From the NCBI GenBank assembly GCA_963668645.2, contig CAXXWC010000001.1:192001-256000 (forward strand): a stretch of 64,000 bases of DNA. Reading direction: 5' to 3'. Source of the DNA: Desulfobacterales bacterium. Lineage in GTDB: Bacteria; Desulfobacterota; Desulfobacteria; Desulfobacterales; UBA2174. The translations under genes and the position numbers were made by a program. Below the pieces are notes generated by a model. The model was not told where the DNA came from and did not search any database. It saw nothing but the letters and a program-made list of their open reading frames with translations. Below, piece after piece: positions 10,413 through 21,057 of the stretch (position 1 is the stretch's first letter; each line of letters opens with the position of its first letter).

Positions 10413-12812
10413 TCATTCGAAGCCGCCGCGGCCAAGCTCCGCGAAGATGTAAAGCACGTCCGTCAATCCGATAAGGCCGTCCCCGTCCGTGTCGCCGGCA
10501 AGGCGTATGGGGAACGGAGTTAGCCCGGACATGACCTGCAGCCCGATGATGAGATCCGTCACCTTGATATCATAGTCACCGTCCAGGTCTCCCAAGAGAG
10601 GTACCACACCCCGACCTGCAAGAAGAACGGATAAAACGGGGGTGGCGGGATCCGCACTCGCAACCGAGATGGCGGCCGACTTGGTTCCGGTTGAAAGGGG
10701 CCTGAAGGAGGTGGATATCGTGCAGCTTGCACCAGGGGCGAGGGTAGCTCCTGCGCAGCCGTTTTCGGTTATTAAAAAGTCTCCGGCATCCTCGCCTTCA
10801 ACCACTCCGCCTATCACTACCAGATCCGCTCCCCCGGTATTGGTGATCTGGGAGGACAAAACGGCAGATGCTTCCCCCACCTCGACCGGGCCGAAGTCCC
10901 TGGCGCCGTAAGGCCCCCCTATGGCCGCGGGATCGGCCGGCGCCACCAGGGGTTTGGCGTCGTATGTCTGGGCTTCACGGAAATATCCCGTTTTCCACTC
11001 TTCCAGGGGATGATAGGCCGATTCGCCGAACCCGTCACCGTCCGAATCTTGCCCTGTGTAATCGCCCCAGAAATTCCCACCCACCGAAACGCCGCCCAAT
11101 ATATTGGGGCCGGGCCCTGTCCTGTCCCAGGCATTGTCCTGGCCCGTTCCGTTGTCAACGGCGTTGATGGCGTTTTCCCTGATGCTGTTGTTGTAAACGA
11201 TGTTCTGGGAGGTGTCCGGTCCCAGCTCGATGCCGAAGGTGGTGCATTGCTCGATGACGTTTTCGTGAAAGTCGTTCCCCGTGGAGGATCCAATGACCTC
11301 TATACCTTTGACCGCGCCCTTTATATGGTTGAAAAGGACTGAATTTCCACCATCGAAGCCTGCATGTTGCAGGAACACCCCGCTTCCATTCGGGGCGTAC
11401 AGAGAGTTGAAGGCCACGGTGTTGTCCGAGCCGGAAGATATTCCAAGCCCGGGACCCCGGTTCACCGAGACGGCGTTTTCCCGCACAGTGCACTGCATGA
11501 CATAACCCAGCAAGATTCCTCCATGGGGTGCGAAATCGGGGGAAACGCACGCGGACTGGGCGGTATTGCCTTTCACCGTTATGCCGCTGGAGGGGGTCAA
11601 TCCGTCCACTTGGCTCACCGCTATTGCGGCCCCTTCGAACCTTTCGGCCGTGTTTTCCATGATCTGGTGGTCCGCGCCGCTTGCCCAGAACGCGTAGGGG
11701 ACGCAGTGTCCGTCGACAACGAAGTTGTCCCGCACCGTGTGGCCTGTTCCCGTAACCGTAATCATGGCGTTCGTGAGCAGGTTCGCCCGCACAGTGCTCC
11801 CTTGCCCGGAGACCGTGATTTCGCAAGTGATTTGCTCGCAGGACACTTCACCACAGTCGATGACGTTTTCTTCAACAAGGTCGCCGTTCCCCTTGACGGT
11901 CATCCTGCGGGCCTTGTTACCGCGGATTACATTGGCAGTGGGCTGATCTGGATTTACGTATGTCATGTCCATCCGGTTGAAGGTGTTGCCCTCGACAAGA
12001 TTTTCACGCGAGTTGCCGTTGATCTTGATGTCGTCGCCAGGGTGAGCGGAAAAGGTGTTTTCCTTGATGAATAATTTCTCGCAATCCACGAGAAAGAGAC
12101 CCACTCCGCCAAACACGCATTGGTCCACCCCCTGGCTTATCGCGGCGAAGTCGTCTTTGAGGTAATACAATGAAATGGTAGCGGCCGGGTAATCGTTGGC
12201 GTGGGTAAATGTCGCACCCTTGAAAATGATCTGTGCTGGGCTGAAAGCCGCTATTCCGGCGCCTTCCGCCCGGTCGAACGCCACCTCCGTGCCGGGGCTG
12301 ATGAAAAAACGTCCATCCCAGACGTTGACGTTGGCCACGTGGTAGGTGCCGTTTGAAGGGCTCCATGTGACTTCGCCCCTGCCGAGCTTTTCCTGCCATT
12401 CATCGCTGTTGTGCAGTTCCCCTGCCGCATATTCCGTGTCTGCCGTGGCCTGCTGGGTTTCCATGAGAACCCATTGGCCCTGCTCGTTTTTTTGGTAGCC
12501 CTCCAGTGCGTAGATATGGGTTCCGGGTGAAGCAATGGCATCACTCAGGTAGTCCGGAACTTTGCAGTTGGGGTCATCCGGGTTCTCGATCGTGCAGCCG
12601 GACCACCTCCTCAGGAGTATGTGGTTCCGGTACAATTCGAGTTTCTGGTTTTCGCCGAACCATGTAGATGCACTCAGGCTCAAGTCGACGGTTTTCTGGT
12701 CGTGGTAGATCACGGAAAGAGACAGGTTTTCGGCCTTAACGGCGTTGGCCGTGCACCAGCAGGTCAAAACGAGAAAAGCACAGGACACCGCTGATTTCAT
12801 TCCCATGGCCAC
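10413..12812 (-). CDS. Secreted right-handed beta-helix (NosD-like) protein with ASH/choice-of-anchor D Ig domain and C-terminal dockerin-like domain
   Basis: Signal peptide; PbH1-like repeats; GGNFWGDY...DSDGDGFGE; DFGPVEVG...ITNTGGADL...CAGATLAPGASCTISTSFRP; duplicated GDLDGDYDIKVTD and GDTDGDGLIGLTD. Start may be ATG 12806 or 12800. Confidence 0.85.
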   Translation of the reverse strand: MAMGMKSAVSCAFLVLTCWCTANAVKAENLSLSVIYHDQKTVDLSLSASTWFGENQKLELYRNHILLRRWSGCTIENPDDPNCKVPDYLSDAIASPGTHIYALEGYQKNEQGQWVLMETQQATADTEYAAGELHNSDEWQEKLGRGEVTWSPSNGTYHVANVNVWDGRFFISPGTEVAFDRAEGAGIAAFSPAQIIFKGATFTHANDYPAATISLYYLKDDFAAISQGVDQCVFGGVGLFLVDCEKLFIKENTFSAHPGDDIKINGNSRENLVEGNTFNRMDMTYVNPDQPTANVIRGNKARRMTVKGNGDLVEENVIDCGEVSCEQITCEITVSGQGSTVRANLLTNAMITVTGTGHTVRDNFVVDGHCVPYAFWASGADHQIMENTAERFEGAAIAVSQVDGLTPSSGITVKGNTAQSACVSPDFAPHGGILLGYVMQCTVRENAVSVNRGPGLGISSGSDNTVAFNSLYAPNGSGVFLQHAGFDGGNSVLFNHIKGAVKGIEVIGSSTGNDFHENVIEQCTTFGIELGPDTSQNIVYNNSIRENAINAVDNGTGQDNAWDRTGPGPNILGGVSVGGNFWGDYTGQDSDGDGFGESAYHPLEEWKTGYFREAQTYDAKPLVAPADPAAIGGPYGARDFGPVEVGEASAVLSSQITNTGGADLVVIGGVVEGEDAGDFLITENGCAGATLAPGASCTISTSFRPLSTGTKSAAISVASADPATPVLSVLLAGRGVVPLLGDLDGDYDIKVTDLIIGLQVMSGLTPFPIRLAGDTDGDGLIGLTDVLYIFAELGRGGFE

Positions 12813-12877
12813 CTCTTATCACCGATTTTCACGCTCCTTTAACCGTCACAGCGGCATAGGAATTTGGTATCGTCGGA

Positions 12878-13063
12878 TCATTTGAATTTAAGTTCAAGAT
12901 CAGCATCGCCGAGCCAAGAAATTTTCTTCGGCAACCGATGCCATGGCGCATTTCGGAGGATCGGATTGTGCGCCCTACGAGGAAAGTTGACGGTCATCCG
13001 GCCAGCGTCGAACCGCACCTGACCTTTGCCTTTGACAAAATGACGGTACACCTTGGCCGCACA
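12878..13063 (-). pseudogene. Probable C-terminal remnant of a transposase
   Basis: Start-less frame CAAKVYRHFVKGKGQVRFDAGRMTVNFPRRAHNPILRNAPWHRLPKKISWLGDADLELKFK-stop, preceded by an in-frame stop; family assignment is from recall only. Confidence 0.45.
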
Positions 13064-13278
13064 TCATTCCTCTCCGTCGTGGCTGACGATCATGCCGGTC
13101 TCCAGACCTGGTGGCCCATCGATTTGAGATAGCCCGTCAGATTGTTGATCGAGTAAAGGGAAGCTGTGTTGTCCACCAGCCAGTGAGCCAGATCGCTCAC
13201 TGCGTCTCTGCGCCTCCGCGCGAGCTCTTATGATGGCTGAAAACATGCCCCAGTGAATCCTGTGGCGATGCTTGCCGC

Positions 13279-14214
13279 TCACGGCACATTGATCCCGGCG
13301 CTGATCTGCAGCGCCCGGATCGCTTCCACCAGCCCAACCTTGCCGTCGTCATCCGTGTCCCATTCCAGCATCTGATTGACCACCAGGTCCATGTCTTCCT
13401 GGGTGTAAAGGCCCTGGGTACCGGGGCACCCCTGGTTGTCGACATAGGAAGCGGCGGGGGTTTCCGGGCAGGTGTCCCAATCGTCCGGCACACCGTCATT
13501 ATCCGTATCCGTGCAGGCACAGCCGGTTTGCCCGCCATTTTCGCTGTAGATGCCGGCCACCTCATTGGCTGTCAGCACCCGGTTGTAAAGCCGGACTTCG
13601 TCCAGCGCACCTTCAAAATAATTGCCCGCACTGGTGTCATATTCCTTGCCGATAAAGACGGCATCGGATGTTTGATCCGGTGTTGCAGTGATTGCATAGG
13701 AGTTGACTTGCTGGCCGTCAACGTAAAACGTCATGGCACCATCACCATAGGTGACGCATAAATGGGACCATTGGTCGGCAGGGATCGGCGGCCGGGGATT
13801 TGAATCGGATGAATGGTATTGGACCCAGTGCCCCCCGATCCAGATGGCGCCTTGAAATTTCATTTCCAGGAAAATGCCCGCGCTGAAAGAACCCTTTTTG
13901 CCTAAAATGTATCCGCTGGCATCCGTCACCGGGTTCACCCATGCACAAATGCTGAAAGTGGTCAGGTTATACGCGGATGAGGTCCCGATATCCACGGCAT
14001 CTTCGTCGCCATCCAACTCTATCGCCTGGCCGACAGCGCCGGTGACAAACGACGGATCTCCCACAAGCGTTCCGTTGTGCCCGTTGCCGCTGGCATCGTT
14101 GGCGTTGCTTTCAAAAGGATAATACCCCACCAGCCCATCTGTTATGTCTGCCTGAACAACGCCGCTGGCCAAAAGCAAAAACAAACCGGTCATCACGAAG
14201 ATTGCCTTTTTCAT
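13279..14214 (-). CDS. Secreted LamG-like jellyroll protein with thrombospondin type-3 repeat and half dockerin-like tail
   Basis: Signal peptide ending VQA; GLVGYYPFESNANDASGNGHNG; FEGALDEVRLYNRVLTANEV; DTDNDGVPDDWDTCPETP; WDTDDDGKVGLVEAIRALQISAG. Confidence 0.88.
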   Translation of the reverse strand: MKKAIFVMTGLFLLLASGVVQADITDGLVGYYPFESNANDASGNGHNGTLVGDPSFVTGAVGQAIELDGDEDAVDIGTSSAYNLTTFSICAWVNPVTDASGYILGKKGSFSAGIFLEMKFQGAIWIGGHWVQYHSSDSNPRPPIPADQWSHLCVTYGDGAMTFYVDGQQVNSYAITATPDQTSDAVFIGKEYDTSAGNYFEGALDEVRLYNRVLTANEVAGIYSENGGQTGCACTDTDNDGVPDDWDTCPETPAASYVDNQGCPGTQGLYTQEDMDLVVNQMLEWDTDDDGKVGLVEAIRALQISAGINVP

Positions 14215-14474
14215 CGACTTCCTCCCGGCAATTTTTAGTTAAAATTTTAAACAAAAACAAAGATAGGAGAAGGGATTGAAGTTCCCCTTGCAACCTATCC
14301 AGGCCTGATTGTGCTGTCAAGTCAAAATCCGGACAGGGACAATCCTCGGTTGAACCAAAACAAAACCGGATTCACAAAAAAAATTGCTTCCAGGCAGACC
14401 GGGCGCGGGGGGCTGCTTGCAGTCGTCAAATCCGGGTCAGCAGAGTTTTGAGTTCAGAGGAACCGAATCGCGGG

Positions 14475-16334
14475 TTATGAAACGATCCGCCCGAAGCGCT
14501 TTTCCAGTTCGCGCAGATCGATCAGAATCCAGGTGGGCCGGCCGTGGGGGCAGTGGTGGGGTTGCTCGCATGCGTCGAGCTGGGGCAGGAGGGCTTTGAG
14601 TTCGGCTTCTGAAAGGCGTTGGCGGCCGCGCACGGCATTGTGGCAGGCCATCAGCTTGAGGCTGTTGTCGATCACCACGTCCAGGCCGCCGCCGGAGCCG
14701 GTTTCGGCGGCCTGCTCGGCGATCCGGCGCAGCAAGGGTTCCATGGGCTGGCCGGACAAAAAGGCCGGCACCGTCTTGACAACGAAAGTGGTGCCGCCGA
14801 AAGGCTCGATCTCCAGGCCGCAGCCGGCCAGGCGGTCCACCAGCGGTTCGAGGGCCGCGGCCTCGCCGAAGCCCAGATCAACGGCTTCGGGCATCAAAAG
14901 GGCCTGGGCCGGGGCCCGGCGGCCGGCCGCAGCCCGGCATAGCTGCTCGTAGTGGACCCGCTCGTGGGCCGCGTGCTGGTCGATGAGCACCAGCCCGGCC
15001 TCGCTCTGGCACAGCAGGTAGGTGCCGTGTAGCTGGCCGAGCACCTGCAGATCGGCAAAGCGGTCCACGCGCCACAAGGCATTCTGGGCCGGGTGCGACT
15101 TTCCGGGGGCATCGATCCGCGGCCCTGCACCGGCTGGCCCGGGTGTTGCCGGTATGGAGGGTGCGGCCGGTGCCGGTTGGATCTTCGCTGCCGTTGGGGC
15201 CGGTTCGGTGCCATGGCTCTGTTTGATCTTGGGCGGGGCCTGATATTCGGATTCCACCGCCGGTGCATAAACGGCTTCCGGCTCCCTGATACGTTTGTGC
15301 ACCGCGGCTTGACCCGTGTCCTGGGCATCCTTCCAGCGAGGCCTTTCAAAACGCGCCAGCGTGCGTGATACCCCCAGGACCACAGCATCGTGCACGGCCC
15401 GCGGCTCGGCAAAGCGCACCTCGTGCTTGGTGGGATGCACATTGACATCCACCTGATCGAAGGGCACCTGCACGAAAAGCACCGCCGCTGGAAACTGCCC
15501 TTTCATCAGGCGCTGACCGAACCCGGCCATCAGACCGTGATGGATGCCGCGGTCGCGTACCCAGCGGCCGTTGACGAAAAAATAGATGCCCCGCGGGGTA
15601 GTGCGCGTTTCGTCCGGCGTCGCCACCCAACCGGAAACAGAGACCCCCTGCGTTTCATAAGTCACGCAAAGGAGCCGATCCTGCAATGAACGTCCCAGGA
15701 CATCGGCGGCCCGGACCACCGGTTCGGAGACCGCCGGCCACTGGCGCATCAGCCGCCCGTCATGCTCCAAGCGAAATCCGATCTTCGGGTGGGCCAGGGC
15801 CACGGCGGTCAGGGTGTCGGCGATGTGGGCCAGTTCGGTGGCGATGGTTTTTAAAAACTTGCGCCGGGCCGGAGTATTGTAAAAAAGCTGGCCAACACTG
15901 ACCAGGGTGCCGGGCGGCGCACCGGCGGCGCGCACGTTTTTAAGTGTCCCGCCCTCAATGCGCACCTCGGTGGCCTCCTCGGACCCGGTCTCCCGGGTCA
16001 CCAGGGCAAAGCGGGAGACCGCCGCGATGCTGGGCAGGGCCTCGCCGCGAAACCCGAGGGTGCGAATGGCGAACAGGTCCGGGGCCTCGCGCAGCTTGCT
16101 CGTGGCGTAGCGCTCGATGGCCATCAGGGCATCATCACGGCTCATGCCGCAGCCGTCGTCGGCCACCTGGATCAGATTGCGCCCCCCCTTTTCCACCGCC
16201 ACCTGGATGCGCCCGGCCCCGGCGTCCAGGGCGTTTTCCACCAGTTCCTTGACCACCGAGGCCGGCCGTTCGACCACCTCGCCGGCGGCGATCTGGTTGG
16301 AAAGCACTTCGGGTAGGATGCGGATCCTGGACAT
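14475..16334 (-). CDS. mutL: DNA mismatch repair endonuclease MutL
   Basis: IAAGEVVERPASVVKELVENALDAGA, GFRGEALPSI, DQHAAHERVHYE, CPHGRP. Confidence 0.98.
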   Translation of the reverse strand: MSRIRILPEVLSNQIAAGEVVERPASVVKELVENALDAGAGRIQVAVEKGGRNLIQVADDGCGMSRDDALMAIERYATSKLREAPDLFAIRTLGFRGEALPSIAAVSRFALVTRETGSEEATEVRIEGGTLKNVRAAGAPPGTLVSVGQLFYNTPARRKFLKTIATELAHIADTLTAVALAHPKIGFRLEHDGRLMRQWPAVSEPVVRAADVLGRSLQDRLLCVTYETQGVSVSGWVATPDETRTTPRGIYFFVNGRWVRDRGIHHGLMAGFGQRLMKGQFPAAVLFVQVPFDQVDVNVHPTKHEVRFAEPRAVHDAVVLGVSRTLARFERPRWKDAQDTGQAAVHKRIREPEAVYAPAVESEYQAPPKIKQSHGTEPAPTAAKIQPAPAAPSIPATPGPAGAGPRIDAPGKSHPAQNALWRVDRFADLQVLGQLHGTYLLCQSEAGLVLIDQHAAHERVHYEQLCRAAAGRRAPAQALLMPEAVDLGFGEAAALEPLVDRLAGCGLEIEPFGGTTFVVKTVPAFLSGQPMEPLLRRIAEQAAETGSGGGLDVVIDNSLKLMACHNAVRGRQRLSEAELKALLPQLDACEQPHHCPHGRPTWILIDLRELEKRFGRIVS

Positions 16335-16343
16335 GGAAACGCC

Positions 16344-16526
16344 CTATTCCGCCCTGCCGGCGATAAATTTGGCCAGGTACTCGGTTTCCAGGGGATTGAG
16401 GTTGAAGCGCAGACAGGCTTCGTCGAGCAGCTCGCGATCCGACGGGGGCTGGGCTGCCTTGCGCGCCTCGTCGATCCATTTGATCGCGTTGCGCAGGTTG
16501 TCGCCTTTGGGCATCACGGTGGTCAT
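16344..16526 (-). CDS. Small hypothetical protein (60 aa)
   Basis: ATG at 16526 after GAGGAGG RBS; MTTVMPKGDNLRNAIKWIDE...ACLRFNLNPLETEYL fills the gatA-mutL gap. The 408-aa track ORF is an over-extension. Confidence 0.8.
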   Translation of the reverse strand: MTTVMPKGDNLRNAIKWIDEARKAAQPPSDRELLDEACLRFNLNPLETEYLAKFIAGRAE

Positions 16527-16537
16527 CTGGATCCTCC

Positions 16538-17998
16538 TCAAAGGGGCGGCTTGCGCCGGTGAAAATCGGTGGCCTGTTCGAAGTGGTAGCCAAGCCGCAG
16601 CAAGGTGGCCTCGTCGAAATGGCGTCCGAGCAGTTGCATGCCGATGGGCAACCCCGCGGTCGAAAAACCGCAGGGAATCGTCAGTCCGGGAATTCCGGCC
16701 ATGTTGGCCGACAGGGTGTAGATGTCCGAAAGGTACATCTGGAGCGGATCTTCCACTTTTTCGCCGATGGCAAAAGCCGGGGTTGGGGCTACGGGTGCCA
16801 GCACGGCGTCGCAGCGCTCGAACGCCTTTTCGAAATCCCGCCGGATCAGGGTGCGCACCTGGCTCGCCTTGCCGTAGTAGGCGTCGTAGTAACCGGCCGA
16901 CAGACAGTAGGTGCCGATGATGATGCGCCGCTGGACCTCGGGACCGAACCCGGCCGAACGGGTGTAGCGGTACATCTCGGAGAGCTGCTCGGCGCCAGGG
17001 TCCCGCAACCCGTACTTGACCCCGTCGTAGCGCGCCAGGTTGCTGCTCGCCTCGGCCGGGGCGATCACATAGTAGGCGGCCACGGCATAGGACGAGTGCG
17101 GCAGCGAGACCTCCACGGTCTGCACCCCCATCTGCCTCAGGGTGGCCACGGCCCCTTCCACCGCTGCGGCCACCTCCGGCGCCAGTCCTTCGAGGCTGAA
17201 GTATTCGCGCGGCAGCCCGACGGTCATCCCCTCGATGCCGGCTTTCAGGCTTTCGGTGTAATCCGGCACGGACTGGGGCATGGAGGTCGAGTCGCGCCCG
17301 TCGTGGCCGGCGATGACGTTCATCATCAGGGCGCAGTCGGTGACATCCTTGACCAGCGGTCCGATCTGGTCCAGCGAAGAGGCGAAAGCCACCAGGCCGT
17401 AGCGTGAGACCCGCCCGTAGGTCGGTTTTAGCCCCACCACACCGCAGTGGCCCGCCGGCTGGCGGATGGATCCGCCCGTGTCCGATCCCAGGGCTCCCAG
17501 GCACATGTCGGCAGCCACGGCAACGGCCGACCCGCCGCTGCTGCCGCCGGGGATACAGGCAGTGTTCCATGGGTTGCGCACCGGTTTGAAGGCCGAGTGC
17601 TCGCTGGTGGATCCCATGGCGAATTCGTCCATGTTGGTCTTGCCCACCATCACCGCGCCGGACTCGTAGAGGCGGGTCATCACGGTGGCATCGTAAGGTG
17701 GAACGAAATTTTCCAGGACCCGCGAGGCGCAGGTGGTGGGCACCCCGGCGGTGCAGATCAGATCCTTGATTGCCACCGGAATGCCGGTCAGTGCACCGGC
17801 CCGGCCCTCTTTCAGGGCCTTGTCGGCGGCATCGGCGCTCTCCATGGCGTGATCTTCGGTGACGGTCAGAAAAGCGCCCAGCCGGTCGTCCAGGGCTGCG
17901 ATACGGTCCAGAACGGAGCGGGCCAACTCGCGGGCCGAGATCTCGCGCCGGGCGAGCAGGTCTCGGGCCTCATGCATGGTCAGGGCATATAGAGCCAT
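16538..17998 (-). CDS. gatA: Asp/Glu-tRNA amidotransferase subunit A
   Basis: Amidase signature [44 protein letters not shown]. Confidence 0.98.
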   Translation of the reverse strand: MALYALTMHEARDLLARREISARELARSVLDRIAALDDRLGAFLTVTEDHAMESADAADKALKEGRAGALTGIPVAIKDLICTAGVPTTCASRVLENFVPPYDATVMTRLYESGAVMVGKTNMDEFAMGSTSEHSAFKPVRNPWNTACIPGGSSGGSAVAVAADMCLGALGSDTGGSIRQPAGHCGVVGLKPTYGRVSRYGLVAFASSLDQIGPLVKDVTDCALMMNVIAGHDGRDSTSMPQSVPDYTESLKAGIEGMTVGLPREYFSLEGLAPEVAAAVEGAVATLRQMGVQTVEVSLPHSSYAVAAYYVIAPAEASSNLARYDGVKYGLRDPGAEQLSEMYRYTRSAGFGPEVQRRIIIGTYCLSAGYYDAYYGKASQVRTLIRRDFEKAFERCDAVLAPVAPTPAFAIGEKVEDPLQMYLSDIYTLSANMAGIPGLTIPCGFSTAGLPIGMQLLGRHFDEATLLRLGYHFEQATDFHRRKPPL

Positions 17999-18031
17999 CG
18001 AACTTTCCTTGAATGCTCGGGTTGCGTCGGG

Positions 18032-18319
18032 TTACCCCACGATTTTGGGAACAAGAAAACAACCGTCCTCCTGGGCGGGTGCATTGGCCAGGGCCTGATC
18101 GGTTTCCAGATGGGGCCGGCGCTCATCGGGGCGAAAGGCGTTGTCCAGCGCCAGGGCATGGGCCGTGGGTGGCACGCCGGTGGTGTCGACCTTCTCCAGC
18201 TGGGCCACATAATCGAGAATATCGGCCAACTGCTGGGCATAGGTGTCCAGGGCCGCCTCGTCCAGATCGAGGCGCGCCAGGTCGGCCACGTGAATGACGT
18301 CTTGACGCGTAATGGGCAT
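18032..18319 (-). CDS. gatC: Asp/Glu-tRNA amidotransferase subunit C
   Basis: ITRQDVIHVADLARL, ALANAP, FLVPKIV; upstream of gatA. Confidence 0.96.
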   Translation of the reverse strand: MPITRQDVIHVADLARLDLDEAALDTYAQQLADILDYVAQLEKVDTTGVPPTAHALALDNAFRPDERRPHLETDQALANAPAQEDGCFLVPKIVG

Positions 18320-18345
18320 TTAAGAGGCTCCTTGACGATCGCGGC

Positions 18346-19002
18346 TCATTGATTGACCACGATGGGTTTGTATTTCAGTTTCATCAACCGTTCGCGGGCT
18401 TCCTGGGTCGCCTCGGGCGTGGCGAAGGGACCGACCCGAACCCGGTACCAGGTGCCGCGGCCCTCGACCTGGGCCTTGACGATACGCACGGTGAATCCCT
18501 GGTCGCGCAGCCGGCTCTCGACCTTCCTGGCCGCCTCGGCTTCGCGCAGGGCTGCTACCTGCAAAACCACCGCACCTTGGACCGGGGTGGTTTCAGGTTT
18601 GGCCGCTGGCGCAGGCTTGGCCGCAGGTGGCGGCGGTTTGGGTGTCGGCGCGGCCGGCTTGGAGACGGTATCGGGGCCGGGCAGCGGCTTTCGCAGAGGC
18701 CCGTCCTGTTTCAACTCGTGGTAAAAATCGAGGGTCGAACGGTCCCCCTCGCCTTCCATGGCGACGCGAAAACGTTTTATTTCCGCTTGCAACTCGGCGT
18801 CGCGCAGCCGGGCCAACTCGGTCTCCAAGGCCTGAATGTCGAAGTGGATCGGCGCAGTACCGCGGCCCACCAGCAACCCCAGGACAAAATTGAGGGCCGC
18901 CACCAACACCAGCAGGGCCAGCCACTTGCGGGTGGATCCGCCGCTTCGGCGAGCCTCTGGCGGGGAATCTGCCGTTTTGGATTCCTTGGCGCTCACAGCC
19001 AA
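18346..19002 (-). CDS. SPOR-domain membrane protein (FtsN-like)
   Basis: One TM helix, Pro-rich linker, LQVAALR...WYRVRVGPF; follows argS. Confidence 0.9.
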   Translation of the reverse strand: MAVSAKESKTADSPPEARRSGGSTRKWLALLVLVAALNFVLGLLVGRGTAPIHFDIQALETELARLRDAELQAEIKRFRVAMEGEGDRSTLDFYHELKQDGPLRKPLPGPDTVSKPAAPTPKPPPPAAKPAPAAKPETTPVQGAVVLQVAALREAEAARKVESRLRDQGFTVRIVKAQVEGRGTWYRVRVGPFATPEATQEARERLMKLKYKPIVVNQ

Positions 19003-19026
19003 CCCACCTGCCGTTGATCTGGCGCG

Positions 19027-20697
19027 TTACATTTGTTCGGGCGCGGTTACGCCCAGCAGACCGAGTCCATTGGCGATAACCTGCTGGACGGTGCGCACCA
19101 GGCAAAGCCGGGCCCGACCGATCGCCTGGTCTTCGGCCAGGACCCGGTGACGATTGTAGTAGGCATGAAAGGCGGCGGCCAGATCCATCAGAAAAAAGGT
19201 CACCCGGTGCGGTTCGAGGCTTGCGGCGGCGGTGGCCACCACCTCGGGAAACCCGTTCATCAGCTTGATCAGTTGGATCTCCTCGGCTTGCTCCAGTACC
19301 CCGGGCTTTGCGACGGCCTCGACATCCACCGTGCCGATACCGTATTCATCGGCCGCCTTGCGCAAAATACTGGCAATCCGGGCATGGACGTACTGCACGT
19401 AATAGACCGGGTTGTCGTTGGTCTTCTGTTTGGCCAGCTCCAGGTCGAAATCCAGCGGACTTTCATAGTGCCGGGTCAAAAATATGAACCGGGCCGCATC
19501 GCGTCCCACCTCGGTCACCACGTCGGCCAGGGTGACGAACTCGCCGGCCCGGGTGCTCATGGCCACCGGCTGGCCGGCGCGCATCAGGTTGACCAGATGG
19601 ACCAGGATCACCTGAAACTGGTCCCGGCGCCGGCCCGAGGCCTCCACTGCGGCGGTCATGCGCGGGATGTAGCCGTGGTGATCCGCCCCCCAGACATCGA
19701 TGACCCGCTCGAAACCGCGGGCGTATTTTTCCTGGTGATAAGCGATGTCCGAGGCGAAATAGGTGGTCAGGCCGTTGTTGCGTACCACCACGCGGTCCTT
19801 TTCATCGCCGTAGTCGCTGGTGCGGCACCATTGGGCGCCTTCCTTTTCATACACGATGCCGCGCCGGGTCAGATCGTCAATGGCGGCCTCGACGCGGCCC
19901 TCGTCATAGAGGCTCTGCTCGCTGAACCAGCGGTCGAAGCGCACCCCGAAGTCTTCCAGGTCTTTGCGGATTCCGGCCAGGATGGTATCGGCGGCATGCC
20001 GCGCGCAGAGGGCCACGGCCGCTTCTTCGTCCTTTTCCATCAAGGCTGCACCGTGGGTCTGGTACATCTGGTCCGCCAGGTCCCGGATGTAGTCGCCCTG
20101 GTAGCAGTCCTCTGGAAATTCCACCGTCCGGCCGCAGATCTCCTGATAGCGCAAAAAGACAGACCGGCCCAGGGTGCGGATCTGGCGCCCGGAGTCGTTG
20201 ATGTAGTACTCGCGCTGGACCTCGTAGCCGGCCGCCGCCAGGATGTTGGCCACCGTGTCGCCCACCGCCGCCCCGCGGCCATGGCCCACATGCAGCGGGC
20301 CGGTGGGGTTGGCGCTGACGAACTCGACCTGGATGCGCTCTCCGCGCCCGGCCTGACTGCGCCCGAAACCTTCGCCGGCCAGGTGAATATCGCGCAGCAC
20401 CGCGGCCCAGGCCTCCGGCCGGATAAAAAAGTTGATGAATCCGGGCCCGGCGATTTCGGTGCGGGCCACCAGATTCTCAGGGTCTTGCAGGTGTGCCAGG
20501 AGCAGTTCGGCGATCCGGCGCGGCGCCATGCGCTGGAGCCTAGCCGAAACCATGGCCACGTTGGTGGCAAGGTCGCCGTGGGACTCGGTTTTGGGGATTT
20601 CCACCACCATGTCGCCCGTCTCGGCCGAGGCCAAGGCCCCTGCCGCATGCGCCCGGGCCACGGCTGAAACGATCATCTGGTAAATTTTGGTTTTCAT
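19027..20697 (-). CDS. argS: Arginine--tRNA ligase
   Basis: [47 protein letters not shown]. Confidence 0.98.
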   Translation of the reverse strand: MKTKIYQMIVSAVARAHAAGALASAETGDMVVEIPKTESHGDLATNVAMVSARLQRMAPRRIAELLLAHLQDPENLVARTEIAGPGFINFFIRPEAWAAVLRDIHLAGEGFGRSQAGRGERIQVEFVSANPTGPLHVGHGRGAAVGDTVANILAAAGYEVQREYYINDSGRQIRTLGRSVFLRYQEICGRTVEFPEDCYQGDYIRDLADQMYQTHGAALMEKDEEAAVALCARHAADTILAGIRKDLEDFGVRFDRWFSEQSLYDEGRVEAAIDDLTRRGIVYEKEGAQWCRTSDYGDEKDRVVVRNNGLTTYFASDIAYHQEKYARGFERVIDVWGADHHGYIPRMTAAVEASGRRRDQFQVILVHLVNLMRAGQPVAMSTRAGEFVTLADVVTEVGRDAARFIFLTRHYESPLDFDLELAKQKTNDNPVYYVQYVHARIASILRKAADEYGIGTVDVEAVAKPGVLEQAEEIQLIKLMNGFPEVVATAAASLEPHRVTFFLMDLAAAFHAYYNRHRVLAEDQAIGRARLCLVRTVQQVIANGLGLLGVTAPEQM

Positions 20698-21057
20698 CTG
20701 AAAGTTCGGTCAACCTCCGGCTTGCGGCCGATCGCAACGATCCGCCGAGCATTGGATTAAATGCTGACGTTTAGTGGGTTTTCCCGCTCAAGTCAAGCTG
20801 TGCGGAAAGCAACAAAACCGTTGACACAAGCACCGTCGTCTTCTACTGGTAAGAACCGAAAGGTCATGGCGTGCATGAAGTGCGCCGCATCGCCTGCAAT
20901 TTAAAAATCCGCTATTTTTACCACAACTTTTTGCCGAATCAAGCCGCGACGGCTTGCGTACCCGCAAGATGCGCATCCGAGCGGTTTTTTGTTGCAGCCG
21001 ATCCGGTCCGAGGCACTTTGCAACTTGACGATAAACGCGAAAGGTTTTTAATTCTAA

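Noticed and set aside
13192..13227. REP-like motif CTGCGTCTCTGCGCCTCCGCGCGAG
   Set aside because: Only one copy noticed in the window, so a repeat family cannot be supported.
16538..18319. gatC-gatA without gatB
   Set aside because: gatB is often encoded separately; not informative from one window.
20698..21057. NikR operator or riboswitch upstream of cbiM
   Set aside because: No convincing palindrome or aptamer core seen; only sigma-70-like boxes.
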